From an uncultured Candidatus Saccharibacteria bacterium (GTDB taxonomy: Bacteria; Patescibacteriota; Minisyncoccia; Phycocordibacterales; UBA2100), in assembly GCA_964424265.1 (NCBI GenBank), contig CAYRHX010000001.1:498-64497 (forward strand): a stretch of DNA of 64,000 bases, written 5' to 3'. Below the pieces are notes generated by a model, which was not told the DNA's origin, searched no databases, and worked only from the letters and a program-made list of their open reading frames with translations. The translations under genes and the position numbers were made by a program. Positions 36,437 through 45,957 of the stretch are shown here, piece by piece; positions within the stretch are counted from its first letter, which is position 1; each line of letters opens with the position of its first letter.

Positions 36437-38137
36437 CTACTGAGAACCGGTAAGGCTCGCCTCCTCCGCAGAGGCCACTACCGCAACGCCCCGTGGAGCT
36501 GCTATCGGCCTGCGCCACAAACGATCATGGATAGCGGAGGCGTTTTCTTTGAACTCCTCGTTCCCGAGCAGCCAGTATACGAGAACGCACACCGCAATGC
36601 CACTCATTCCTCCAATGAACCCTCTGGTAAGGACTGAAAGAGTTGTGGAAGCAAGCGTAATCGGCCCTACTGCCCCTAGAACGACGTATGTCACGGCGCC
36701 TCCTATGATCGCCGCAAAAGCGCTCTCGCTCCATGATTGAATAACGCTCGCAAAAAATCCCCTGAATTTTCTTTCGAAATGCAGAAGGAGCACGAGGCTG
36801 CCCACTGTCGCAACAACCGAATATGCAAACGCAAGCGCAAGTACGCTACTCCCCTCCACTCCCGAGACACGAAGTATTTCCTGGCTCAATGTCGCAAGCC
36901 ACTCATTCTTGAAAAAACCGACCAACAATGCGCCGAGCGCGATGGTGCCAATAGCGGATCCGCATGCAACAAAAAAAGGCACAAACGTGCGCCCCGCCGC
37001 GTAATATCCCCGGACGAGAAGAAGCGTAAGGCTCTGAAAAACCAACGAAAACGTGAGGAGGGCAAATGCGGCAGCCGTGAGGCGAGTGTCCGTCCAGTCA
37101 AACGCGCCAGAACCGAGCACCACGCGCACCATGTGGGCGCGTAATACGATAATGAGCGCTGTGATAGGCAACGACCAGAAGAAAATATGTCGTGCGGCAG
37201 TCGCGATATGCGAGACGAAGGCGTTTCTTTCTCCACGAGCCATCGCTGCAGCGAGCGTGGGAAACGCAGCGACGGAGTACGAGGCGCCAATGATAGCGAG
37301 AGGGACGGCTTGCAAATTATATGCAAACATAAATACAGATACGGAGCCCGAAGCGAGAAGCGCCGCAAGCGCAGTGAGACCCAAAAACGTGACCTGGTTC
37401 ATTGAAAGCGCGAGCGCGCGCGGGATAGAAATGAAAACCGTTTCAAAAAGAACGCGAGGCTCAACAAATCTTGGCATATGATGAAAAAACCCATCGGAAT
37501 ACGTTGTGGGAATTTGTATAGCGAAGTGCAGTATGGCACCCAAGACGACACCAAATGCGAGACCCGGAAGACCCCAGAGAGGGTAAAGGAGAAGCACCCC
37601 CACGATGATCCCCGCGTTATACAAAAGCGGCGAAAGCGCGTAAAGCGCATAGCGAGCTCGCGCCTGGGTAATGGCTGCACAAATATTTGAGAGTCCCAAG
37701 AATATTGGTTGTAGGAGCATGATGCGAGTCAATGCTATAAGCTCGCTGTCAAAATGCATCAGCTGTGGAAAGAGTAGCCGGAGGAGCGAGGGGGAAACAA
37801 CAAATGCAACGAGTGACACGACCACGACAAGGACCGAGAAGCCCGCCAAAATTGTGTCGATGTATTTTCTTTGCGCTTCGGGAGATCGTTTGGCCAATTC
37901 GGGAATCAAAATATATACAGAAACCAATGCCCCTATAGCGACGAAAATCAAATCCGGAATTCGAAATGCTGCGTAATACAGGTCGAGTGTCGCGGATGCA
38001 CCAAACGCATGCGCCAAGAGTCGATCTCGCAGGAGCGCCAGGAGCGAAGAAAGAAGCGCCGAAAAAGCCAATATGTAAACAGCGATGTGTAGCCCACGAA
38101 CTTCGTACGAAAGAAATTTGAACGCTCTGTTCATCAT
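36437..38137 (-). CDS. murJ: lipid II flippase MurJ (MviN)
   Basis: 14-TM MOP-superfamily pattern and the LLRDRLLAHAFGAS...DLYYAAFRIPDLIF N-terminal signature. Confidence 0.85.
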   Translation of the reverse strand: MMNRAFKFLSYEVRGLHIAVYILAFSALLSSLLALLRDRLLAHAFGASATLDLYYAAFRIPDLIFVAIGALVSVYILIPELAKRSPEAQRKYIDTILAGFSVLVVVVSLVAFVVSPSLLRLLFPQLMHFDSELIALTRIMLLQPIFLGLSNICAAITQARARYALYALSPLLYNAGIIVGVLLLYPLWGLPGLAFGVVLGAILHFAIQIPTTYSDGFFHHMPRFVEPRVLFETVFISIPRALALSMNQVTFLGLTALAALLASGSVSVFMFAYNLQAVPLAIIGASYSVAAFPTLAAAMARGERNAFVSHIATAARHIFFWSLPITALIIVLRAHMVRVVLGSGAFDWTDTRLTAAAFALLTFSLVFQSLTLLLVRGYYAAGRTFVPFFVACGSAIGTIALGALLVGFFKNEWLATLSQEILRVSGVEGSSVLALAFAYSVVATVGSLVLLLHFERKFRGFFASVIQSWSESAFAAIIGGAVTYVVLGAVGPITLASTTLSVLTRGFIGGMSGIAVCVLVYWLLGNEEFKENASAIHDRLWRRPIAAPRGVAVVASAEEASLTGSQ

Positions 38138-38185
38138 ACTTTCAATGTGAAGTCCTCTGACATATTCATGCCGATGGTATCACAC

Positions 38186-38216
38186 TACACACAAACCCGC
38201 CGTGAGGCGGGCCTGT
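38186..38216 (-). terminator. rho-independent terminator of rnpB
   Basis: Minus strand: GCCCGCC-TCAC-GGCGGGU followed by UUGUGUGU. Confidence 0.65.
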
Positions 38217-38217
38217 G

Positions 38218-38700
38218 TGTTTCTGCGTCGTAAGCCGGATTCTGTCGAGCCTGCCTATCGGCAGACAGGGGCAACCATGTATCTGGGATGAATGTTGCCA
38301 TTCACCTCAAGCGGCTCTCTCAGTCACGCCACGCTGCATTTGATCACTCAAACACAATGCGGCGCGACCAAGCACGGCTTTGCACGCGGGTAGGATTTTT
38401 GCCGTTGCACCCTTCGACTTCGCTCAGGGCAAGCCCCTTGCTTATACGAAGATTCATCCTTTGCAGGATGCCCTCGCCTCTCGGCTAGGGACCGTTCACA
38501 AATAACTTACGTTATTTGGGATTACGGCCCTTTGTGCCACGTCCTATTGGACGGGGCCTCGGGCGTCTCTGTTCGCATCCCTTGGATTACCCAGGCGGGT
38601 GTTACCCGCTACCGTCCTCCATCTTTCTTGCGAAACGTGGGCGTGTCCGGACTTTCCTCCCCTCGATTTCTCTCGGGGCAGCTGCCAAACGCAGAGCCAC
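38218..38700 (-). ncRNA. rnpB: RNase P RNA (rnpB, bacterial type A-like, long form)
   Basis: Minus strand contains the universally conserved P4 halves GGGGAGGAAAGUCCGGACAC and GACAGAAUCCGGCUUACG. P1 pairs UCUGCGU (5') with ACGCAGA (3'). The predicted promoter places the TSS at the 5' P1 strand. Confidence 0.75.
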
Positions 38701-38729
38701 ATTATCCATTAAATTTACAAAATGTGCAA
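38701..38729 (-). promoter_or_regulatory. sigma70-like promoter of rnpB (-35 TTGCAC, 17 nt, -10 GATAAT)
   Basis: Read on the minus strand. The predicted TSS, about 7 nt downstream of the -10, coincides with the start of P1. Confidence 0.55.
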
Positions 38730-38871
38730 ATCTTCCAAAAGGTGTTACTCTCCTTCAACGCTGCCACCGGAGGCAGCGAGTTCCGAAAGGGGGTGGGCAG
38801 TATGAAGTTCATGAAGAAGACCAAGTGAGCCCGCGGGGGTAGGCCGGTGCCTCACACAAAAGCCGGCCAGG

Positions 38872-38909
38872 GACGGCGCTCAACGAAACGAGCGCCGTCT
38901 TTCCTTTTC
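38872..38909 (+). terminator. plus-strand rho-independent terminator in the rnpB-nrdJ intergenic region
   Basis: GACGGCGCTC-AACGAAAC-GAGCGCCGTC (10-bp stem) followed by TTTCCTTTTC. Confidence 0.5.
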
Positions 38910-39043
38910 AACCAACCCCCAAGAAACTCGGCACGCCGTATGCTTTGAGGAGTGTCTCGCAGGCTGACGGGCCGAGAGTCAGCGCTGCCGCAGCGGCGGC
39001 AGACAGCGACTCCGAAAAGTGTGCGGCGTGCTGAGTTTCGCCC

Positions 39044-41404
39044 CTACACAATCTCACACGTCCCCCCCGCACATGCCAGCTCTTTCGCCTGCTCTGTCTC
39101 GTCCGTTCGCTCATACACGATAAGTTTGGAGTAATCAATCACAGGGAATTTCGCGGCGAGTGCTTCGTAGGTCTTTTTGTCTATCGATTCATACGGTGCG
39201 AGGCGGTACACATGATTCTCGCGTGGTAGGAACGAAAGCCCTCCGATGATGTCCCAATTGTCCGAGATCCAGGCGACCACCGCCACCCACTCTTCATCGC
39301 CCACCGAGATGGTGGCCGAGGGATTGTGTTCGGTGAAGTTGAGCTTGACCATTTTCCAATATTCGAGTTGCTGAATTGCCGTGAGATCGTTTTTGAATAC
39401 AGATCCGTTCGGCGCTTTCACCGGAAATTCGAGCACGTAGGTAGTTGCGTCGTGCGCTTGCTGCCCCACTTCTGGATGTGCCTGCACACCCTGGTCACGC
39501 ATCATCTTGTAGAGCGAATCGGTAGCGGAGATACGGACGCGGCGGATGTAGTACTGCGAGTGGCGCGGATGAATCCCCGAGGAGCAATTGAATGTCTGCG
39601 AGACGGTGCCCGATGGCTTTACGCATGTGATGGAGCTCGACGGATTAATGCCGAAACGTTTTGCGTACATGACATTTGTCTTTTTTGTCGCCTCGCGCAT
39701 TTTGCGCATCATTTTCGCATCCCGCACTGCTGGGCAATCCCACTGGCCCGTGATCGAGACACCGAGCAAGCGTTCGGCCTGACAATTCTCTTGCCAATCT
39801 TTTGAGATGTAGTTGAAATTGGTGAGTGTCGATTGATATGTGCCGAGCAGTGTCGCAAGGCGAGCCTTTCGAAGCAGCGACTTCTCCGTGTCGTCTACAC
39901 GCGCGATGACTTCGGAGAGATTACAAAATTGCTTGGACTGCAGGATGATTTCTCCACACGGATTCGTACCCACCTGTCCGATGGAATTCCCCTTTTTTCC
40001 GTACTTTTTGTGAAGGAGTGCCTGACGTCGCTCCGGCATTGTCTTTTCCAACGAGCCACGATTGAAGATCCCGCGCTCGCCCGTGCCTGATTTCATGAGT
40101 GCCACCCACTCATCCATCAATTCGGCATTCGATGGCTTAACCTCGTAGACTGCGGAGTTGTTGGCGACCGATCGGTACGGATCGGTGAGGAAAAATTGGC
40201 CTTTTTTGGCATCGCGGATTTCAACATCATCGAGATCTGAGAGACTGATCATGGCTGTGCGACGCACTCCACCTGCTACCACACACTCACCGATCTTGCA
40301 GATGATGTCGTGCGCATCGATATTGCGCAGGCGCCTTCCCTGTCGGCGCAAAATGCGCTCACGAGCAAACGCGAGAAGACTTCGAAGCGGCTCAGGGCCG
40401 GATGCTTTGCCACCCATCGTCTTCAATCGCGCACCTGCAGGGCGAATCATCGAAAAATCAAACTCGATGTCCTTTCCTGAATACCACGTCTTGAGGCCGA
40501 GTGTGAGCGAATCGCACCATCCCTCTTTTGTATCAGCAACAACGTGCGTTCCTAACTTTTCGCCGGTCTGCTTTTCGATTTGCGGGAGCTGTTGGATATT
40601 TTGGCTCTCGACTGCGTAGCCCACGCCACACCCCTGCATCGAGAGATACATGATCTCGGCAAAATCTTCGAGGCGAATGGGTGCAGTAAATGAGCAGTTG
40701 TAGAAGCACGTATTGCACTTGCGTGCAGGCCCGCCGGCAAATTGCATCGCGCGCATACTTGGCATTACTTCTTGTTTCAAAATCGCCTCTCGTATTTCTA
40801 CGTACTCTTTTTTGCTCAGCTTCTCACCGAGATTTTCTTTCATGAACCCAATATAACGATCGACAGTCTCGATCCATGTCTCACGGCGCTGTTCGCTCTC
40901 AATCCATCGCGCGTAAGTGCGAAGGTATATAAATTCGCCCAACGCGTTGTTCTTGAAGTATTGCTTACTCTCTTGCGCTAGCTTCTTTACATGCTCAGGC
41001 ACCTCGCCTTGCTCCTTGCGGAGCTTCGAACGCTCCGCTCGATACAAAATGTAAGATTTGGCGGTCGCCACATAATCAGAAAGTATGAGTTGACGCTCAA
41101 CCTCGTCTTGGCACCCCTCAACGGTCGGTAGAAAATTCTTGTAAGTCTTTGCGATGCGCATCATCTCACTCGCGACTTTGTGGGCGACCACCTCTGCCTC
41201 GCCGTCCGAACCTTCATTCGAAGCGATCATCGCCTTGTGAATCACACTCACTATTTTGGGGAAATCAAACGGGACGATGCGACCATCGCGCTTTTGTATT
41301 TGCGATAAATATTTTTTGTACACTCGTGTCGCGGCGCCATCACTCGGCGCGGCAACGGCGACCTTTGCTCTCACCAAACGTGCTGTGGTTCTTGTCATGC
41401 GCAT
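39044..41404 (-). CDS. nrdJ: class II adenosylcobalamin-dependent ribonucleotide reductase (NrdJ) with N-terminal ATP-cone
   Basis: ATP-cone (KRDGRIVPFDFPKIVSVIHKAM), active-site TNPCGEI, and a C-terminal Cys pair (CAGGTCEIV). Confidence 0.85.
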   Translation of the reverse strand: MRMTRTTARLVRAKVAVAAPSDGAATRVYKKYLSQIQKRDGRIVPFDFPKIVSVIHKAMIASNEGSDGEAEVVAHKVASEMMRIAKTYKNFLPTVEGCQDEVERQLILSDYVATAKSYILYRAERSKLRKEQGEVPEHVKKLAQESKQYFKNNALGEFIYLRTYARWIESEQRRETWIETVDRYIGFMKENLGEKLSKKEYVEIREAILKQEVMPSMRAMQFAGGPARKCNTCFYNCSFTAPIRLEDFAEIMYLSMQGCGVGYAVESQNIQQLPQIEKQTGEKLGTHVVADTKEGWCDSLTLGLKTWYSGKDIEFDFSMIRPAGARLKTMGGKASGPEPLRSLLAFARERILRRQGRRLRNIDAHDIICKIGECVVAGGVRRTAMISLSDLDDVEIRDAKKGQFFLTDPYRSVANNSAVYEVKPSNAELMDEWVALMKSGTGERGIFNRGSLEKTMPERRQALLHKKYGKKGNSIGQVGTNPCGEIILQSKQFCNLSEVIARVDDTEKSLLRKARLATLLGTYQSTLTNFNYISKDWQENCQAERLLGVSITGQWDCPAVRDAKMMRKMREATKKTNVMYAKRFGINPSSSITCVKPSGTVSQTFNCSSGIHPRHSQYYIRRVRISATDSLYKMMRDQGVQAHPEVGQQAHDATTYVLEFPVKAPNGSVFKNDLTAIQQLEYWKMVKLNFTEHNPSATISVGDEEWVAVVAWISDNWDIIGGLSFLPRENHVYRLAPYESIDKKTYEALAAKFPVIDYSKLIVYERTDETEQAKELACAGGTCEIV

Positions 41405-41485
41405 ATTCGACTACTACTAAAGCGGAGATATATTGTACTCCCGAGATCGGCAAATGTGTGCGACTTTTACCTGTTGATAAGTCCC

Positions 41486-41950
41486 CTAATGTCGCACAAT
41501 ATCTCCGATACCAATTCCGTGAAGCGCTGCATAGCCCGCCGGCAACTCTAAAACATAGCGGGCAGGCTCCGAAGACGTAAAACTTTGCGGATAGGTGCTC
41601 GGGGACACGTTTTCTGCCATATGTACAATTTTCCAGTCATCGGAAAGCCATACAATATCGATCGGAAAGCGCATATCTTTCATCCAAAATCCATACATCC
41701 CATCCTCAGGAAACACGAAGAGCATCCCCTCATCAGAAGCAAGGCCGTCGCGACCACTCAAGCCCTTTTGGCGCGATTCATGTGTATCGGCGATAGATAC
41801 TCGCACCACCTGATCTCCTACCCTGACCGTCTGCAAAACGACGGCAGGCTGTACCGGTTCTACTAACGATTCTTGCGCGACATACCTCACCAATCCTCCG
41901 CAAAAAAATACAATCACTACAGCAAGCACTGCGAAGAATCTCGGAATCAT
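41486..41950 (-). CDS. DUF192 (COG1430) domain protein
   Basis: N-terminal TM helix and MLFVFPEDGMYGFWMKDMRFPIDIVWL, the characteristic DUF192 pattern. I chose the start at MIPRFF. Confidence 0.6.
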   Translation of the reverse strand: MIPRFFAVLAVVIVFFCGGLVRYVAQESLVEPVQPAVVLQTVRVGDQVVRVSIADTHESRQKGLSGRDGLASDEGMLFVFPEDGMYGFWMKDMRFPIDIVWLSDDWKIVHMAENVSPSTYPQSFTSSEPARYVLELPAGYAALHGIGIGDIVRH

Positions 41951-42011
41951 GTAGCAACAATAATACCGTCTAGAATACTTTTTCCTAACGAGCGGCCCCA
42001 AAAGGATATTT

Positions 42012-42458
42012 TTATAATTTATGCTCCTTAGCTAGTTCGATTGAGGATTTACCCGTCTGCGCTTTCAAGAAAACCATTTCCGAGTTCTGGATGAAATCTT
42101 TGATTCGTTCGACCTGCTTAGGCACGGTATTCGATGGCAATTTGTCTACCTCAAAATATTCGATGCGATCCGCCTCATCATTTAATGTAATTTCTCCGCC
42201 AACCTTGGTGCAGAGAAAAGAAAAAGCAATGTCATTTTTATCCGGCTTGCTGTAAACACCCGCTAGTTTAGAAACATCAACAATCAATCCCGTTTCTTCC
42301 TCCACTTCTCTTTTTACACCGTCCCAGGGAGCCTCGCCGGATTCAAGTGCGCCACCCGGTAAATTCCATAGATCGTAGTCCTTTCTGTGACACAACAATA
42401 CTCGACCGTATTCATCAAATATCATGCCGAACACTCCTATTGTGAATTGCGTCTTCAT
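42012..42458 (-). CDS. NUDIX hydrolase
   Basis: Nudix box GGALESGEAPWDGVKREVEEETGL. I chose the start at MKTQFTIG; the track ORF is 40 codons longer. Confidence 0.75.
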   Translation of the reverse strand: MKTQFTIGVFGMIFDEYGRVLLCHRKDYDLWNLPGGALESGEAPWDGVKREVEEETGLIVDVSKLAGVYSKPDKNDIAFSFLCTKVGGEITLNDEADRIEYFEVDKLPSNTVPKQVERIKDFIQNSEMVFLKAQTGKSSIELAKEHKL

Positions 42459-42803
42459 GGCGTCCCAACAGTAGCATATCCAACTCAGGGTTTCCGAGAT
42501 GTCTTGGGGCAGTATGCGTCCGCATACATCCAATACTTTTTCCTTTCTTCGGATCCCCAGCAGTTTCGTGAAAACCACTACAAGTATTTTTGGGGGTATT
42601 TTTTAGATCCTTTTCGGAAGTCATTAGGTTGACACTCCGAGTCCTCGACGGTCTCGTTAATGAAGCAGGACATGGCAAAACCATTCTTGTGCGGGACAAG
42701 AGTGGTGATAGCGTCGAGTTAAAGCTCATTTACTGAACGCGAACGTACTAGAGAGCCGCCCCCACTTGCCTGGAGCGGCTTTCTTCTTTATATAGAATCG
42801 AGG

Positions 42804-43469
42804 TTACTTTTTGAATTCAATCGAATTGAGCATCTTTGTAAATGTCTCCTCCCCATTCGGAAGCGTCTCTGGATTGTATGCAAAACGAAACACATAGAAA
42901 TTACCGCTGCGGCTCATATTCGCCTCGAGGACAAGCGCCTCCTCGTGACGGAGTGGATCATCCTCTCGATAGACTACAAACTCACCCTTTATCCCATCCA
43001 CACTAACTTCGCGCTTAGTAGGTGTCGGTTTAATCGGCATGCCAAGATTTGAAGCCCCCGAGTCAATCGGTGTGTTTGAGACGTAAAATTCGATTGCGGC
43101 ACCTAGGGCGACATGGGTTGGCGCGTCAAAATCGTTTCTATTTTCCGTCCGCCAGTCTGGGCTTTGCGCGATCAAAACAGAATTCCAGGGACGAGGTGTC
43201 GTAGCTACGTCAGCTTCGACGTAGTCGCTTGAAGAAATTTTCCAGTCATCCGGTATTTCTACGGAATATAAGTTTGCGGCGTCCGTTTTGCGTTTCCACC
43301 CTGCGCTATTACTGCTCTCGTTGGTTCCAATGTTCGTATTTAGAGTTAGGCCGTTGAGAAGCGCAGAGTCGGACATGCGCAGGTAAAATCCGGCTCCCGC
43401 CGCAATAATGACGAGGGCCCCGAGCAAATACGCTCGAGATATTCGCATATTTATAGAGTGGTGACGCAC
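42804..43469 (-). CDS. membrane-anchored hypothetical protein (possibly PsbP/DcrB-like fold)
   Basis: N-terminal TM anchor and a beta-rich ectodomain. Overlaps the upstream M23 gene by 19 nt. No recognised motif. Confidence 0.45.
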   Translation of the reverse strand: MRHHSINMRISRAYLLGALVIIAAGAGFYLRMSDSALLNGLTLNTNIGTNESSNSAGWKRKTDAANLYSVEIPDDWKISSSDYVEADVATTPRPWNSVLIAQSPDWRTENRNDFDAPTHVALGAAIEFYVSNTPIDSGASNLGMPIKPTPTKREVSVDGIKGEFVVYREDDPLRHEEALVLEANMSRSGNFYVFRFAYNPETLPNGEETFTKMLNSIEFKK

Positions 43470-44716
43470 GGCGCATTTGAATACGTGGAGCTCAGCGAAC
43501 CATTAACTGCTTTTAAGCGATAGCAATATTGAGTTTTGGTCGTGAGACCGGTGTTGGTCCAATTCCAATATCCTGCGCCGGAAAGCACACCAAAACCGCC
43601 AAGAGATATCCATGAACCAGCCCCAATCTTACGCTCGATTATGATGTTGGTTTCGTTCGTCGCATTATCTTTAAAGTTCACTCGAATGCTTGTGGCTGTC
43701 ACATTGTCTAGAAAGACGTTACTCGGCGCGAGGGGCGCTGTTGTGCCTGCGCTTTGCGTCGTTCCACATGCCTCGCTGGAGTACAGGGAGTTTCCTGTAG
43801 GCGTTTGTGAACGTAGTCGATAACAGTACGTCTGACTTGAAGCAAGGCCGGTATTTATCCAATACCACGATTGAGTACCTGAAAGCGATGTAAAACTTGT
43901 AATCTGCGCCCATGTTCCTCCCGTCCCTGTCTTTCGCTCAACGACCGTCCCCGTATCATTCGTCGCATTATCGAAAAAGTTCAGTTGTAAGCTTGTTGCG
44001 GTCGGATTGTTTACGGTAAAGTTGCTCGGTGGCGGTGTAGGAGGCGGACATTGCGTGGTCGGAAGGTCCGTGCTCATCGCGTACCAGGAAGAAGCCGTGA
44101 TCGGTGTGCACTGCTTGCCAAACGGATCGAGTCGATCAGCTCCTGAAAAACCGGAGGGACGCAGCTCGAAGTGCAAATGTGGAGCGGTAGAACTCCCAGA
44201 GCTTCCTGATTGACCGATGTACGTACCGCAGGTAATCGGCATGGTCGACGCCGCGATCGGAGAACTTTGTGAGAAGTGCGCGTAAATACTGATCATGCCC
44301 GCGCCATCCGTTTCGCTCCCCGTGTGGTCCATACGAATGTGATTTCCAAATCCTCCGCCGCAACCGGCAGAACCCGTCGTCGCACAACTCGAATAACGAT
44401 AGTATGGAGTGCCTTGTGCGGCCGCAACGACATTCGTATACAACGGCGCATTGAAGTCTGTGCCTTTATGTTGGTCGTAGACTTTCGCAGAAGGCGTAGC
44501 CGGACACCAATACACCTGTGTTACCCCCACGCTCGCGTTGTGATCGAAGTAATAGTTAATAACTGGACTTTGATTAGTATCTAGTGGCTTTCTAAACTTC
44601 ACCTGCGCATTTGCAAACATCGGCGCAAGGCACAGGACGCCTAAAAGAGCGATCATGACTCCCTGCGCATCTCTTTGTGTATATGTCATATCACTAGTTG
44701 AGCGTCTCGCCTTCAC
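43451..44716 (-). CDS. M23 family metallopeptidase (LytM-like) with two C-terminal FN3-like domains
   Basis: SIYAHFSQS...GQSGSSGSSTAPHLHFELR (HxH motif of M23), then two repeats of roughly 90 aa with an FN3 pattern (LQLNFFDNATNDTG / IRVNFKDNATNETN). Confidence 0.75.
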   Translation of the reverse strand: MKARRSTSDMTYTQRDAQGVMIALLGVLCLAPMFANAQVKFRKPLDTNQSPVINYYFDHNASVGVTQVYWCPATPSAKVYDQHKGTDFNAPLYTNVVAAAQGTPYYRYSSCATTGSAGCGGGFGNHIRMDHTGSETDGAGMISIYAHFSQSSPIAASTMPITCGTYIGQSGSSGSSTAPHLHFELRPSGFSGADRLDPFGKQCTPITASSWYAMSTDLPTTQCPPPTPPPSNFTVNNPTATSLQLNFFDNATNDTGTVVERKTGTGGTWAQITSFTSLSGTQSWYWINTGLASSQTYCYRLRSQTPTGNSLYSSEACGTTQSAGTTAPLAPSNVFLDNVTATSIRVNFKDNATNETNIIIERKIGAGSWISLGGFGVLSGAGYWNWTNTGLTTKTQYCYRLKAVNGSLSSTYSNAPCVTTL

Positions 44717-45884
44717 GAGTAATCTTTCTCACCCCCCTATCGAGGCGCGCGTCAAGCGGAATCACCGTGATCAAATTGTCCTCCAGCCAGCGAGGATCTC
44801 TCCCAGACCCGATTTGTTTCAATGAAAGCTTCTTAAAATCGTGCGTAAAAATACCGATCCATATCGTGCCATCAGAATCATAGACAAAGGATCTCCCGTC
44901 GCGTGCCCAAGAGAACGCACTTGTCGGCATAATGACCTTGTCTTTATATGCTGCATCACCCACGTCGATAAGTTGTATTTTTTCAGTCCCATCGGGCTTC
45001 ATGATAAAGAAGCTCGGTGCGAAACTGCCCACTTTGTCTGCCAGCGATGCATCAACTGGCTTGATCGGCACAGTCATCGAATTTGTAATTTGTTTTGCAT
45101 CCTTAGCTGTTCCTGGATGTACTTTTGGCATAGGACCAGCCGGCAGCTCTTGTGCGGTATTTTGTTGAACTTCCTGGGTATTTATGGTATTTGGTGCTGA
45201 GATCAAATCCTGCACCTTCGCTGCTGACATAAACATAATGTGCGAACCGTCTGGCGTCCAAGAGGGATCGAAATCATCAGTAGAATCCGTAACCTGATTC
45301 TCCTTACCTGTCTGAATGTCAAAAACACCAAGTCCCACGAGAGTTCCGAGCTCGGTATGGTGACGATTTTGGTCGTGTTTTACGTACGCCATAAATCTTC
45401 CATCAGGAGACAAGCTCGGCTCAGAGACTTTTCGAGTCAGCAACCTAGGAATGCCGTCAACTAGATCAACTGAATACAACTCTTGTTCAACTGTCGAGAA
45501 ATACGCACGGGGGTTTGCGCGATCAAAAAACGCTTCACTCACAAGCTTCTCTGTAAGCGGTTTCGTCTTGCCGTCATCATTCTTCACAAGATATAATCGA
45601 GTGCCGTCGACCTCCTCGCTGCCCGGAAGTCCTCCTTCGAGTGACTTTCCAACAAGTAGATCATTGCCACGTTCGTCAAACAGAAGCTTGATGTCGCTCG
45701 AATGTGTAAGTCGGTAAGCTGAAGCAACGCTGCTTACGCGGTGCAAGTCACCATCGGTGACCAAAATCCGCTGCGCTTCAATAGACGTATTCGGAAAAAG
45801 AAGGAGCGCGATTGCAAGCGCAGTCGCAACAAGGACAAAAATTATCGACCAAAAAAATTCCCGCAAGATTCGCATACATTCCAA
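44694..45884 (-). CDS. TolB-like periplasmic beta-propeller (PD40/WD40-like repeats) protein
   Basis: N-terminal TM/signal and repeated SPDG.F.A/TPDGS motifs (SLSPDGRFMAYV, SWTPDGSHIMFMS, FIMKPDGTEKIQL). Confidence 0.65.
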   Translation of the reverse strand: MECMRILREFFWSIIFVLVATALAIALLLFPNTSIEAQRILVTDGDLHRVSSVASAYRLTHSSDIKLLFDERGNDLLVGKSLEGGLPGSEEVDGTRLYLVKNDDGKTKPLTEKLVSEAFFDRANPRAYFSTVEQELYSVDLVDGIPRLLTRKVSEPSLSPDGRFMAYVKHDQNRHHTELGTLVGLGVFDIQTGKENQVTDSTDDFDPSWTPDGSHIMFMSAAKVQDLISAPNTINTQEVQQNTAQELPAGPMPKVHPGTAKDAKQITNSMTVPIKPVDASLADKVGSFAPSFFIMKPDGTEKIQLIDVGDAAYKDKVIMPTSAFSWARDGRSFVYDSDGTIWIGIFTHDFKKLSLKQIGSGRDPRWLEDNLITVIPLDARLDRGVRKITREGETLN

Positions 45885-45900
45885 TTAGTTACTCAGTTCA

Positions 45901-45932
45901 GTGTATTGATACACTTCTGTATTGTCAATACA
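45901..45932. promoter_or_regulatory. tandem palindromic operator-like sites overlapping the putative promoter of the TolB-like operon
   Basis: GTGTATTGATACAC (14-bp palindrome) and TGTATTGTCAATACA (perfect 15-bp palindrome) share GTATTG/CAATAC half-sites. On the minus strand they overlap TTGACA (-35) and TACACT (-10), 20-50 nt upstream of the ATG. Confidence 0.5.
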
Positions 45933-45957
45933 GTGAGGGGTGAGAGACTGCGAACTT

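Noticed and set aside
38516-38842. Track ORFs 38516..38842 (108 aa) and 38532..38828 (98 aa) as protein-coding genes
   Set aside because: They lie antisense to, and inside, the RNase P RNA gene. Their composition (Gly/Arg/Pro-rich) reflects the GC-rich structured RNA. Only the 8-codon sORF at 38802-38828 has a translation signal.
38760-38900. SRP (4.5S) RNA or tmRNA in the rnpB-nrdJ intergenic region
   Set aside because: The hairpin GCUGCC-ACCGGA-GGCAGC superficially recalls SRP helix 8. However, it lacks the GNAR tetraloop and the AGG/AAGCAG asymmetric-loop motifs. There is no tRNA-like 3' end or tag-peptide reading frame that would indicate tmRNA.
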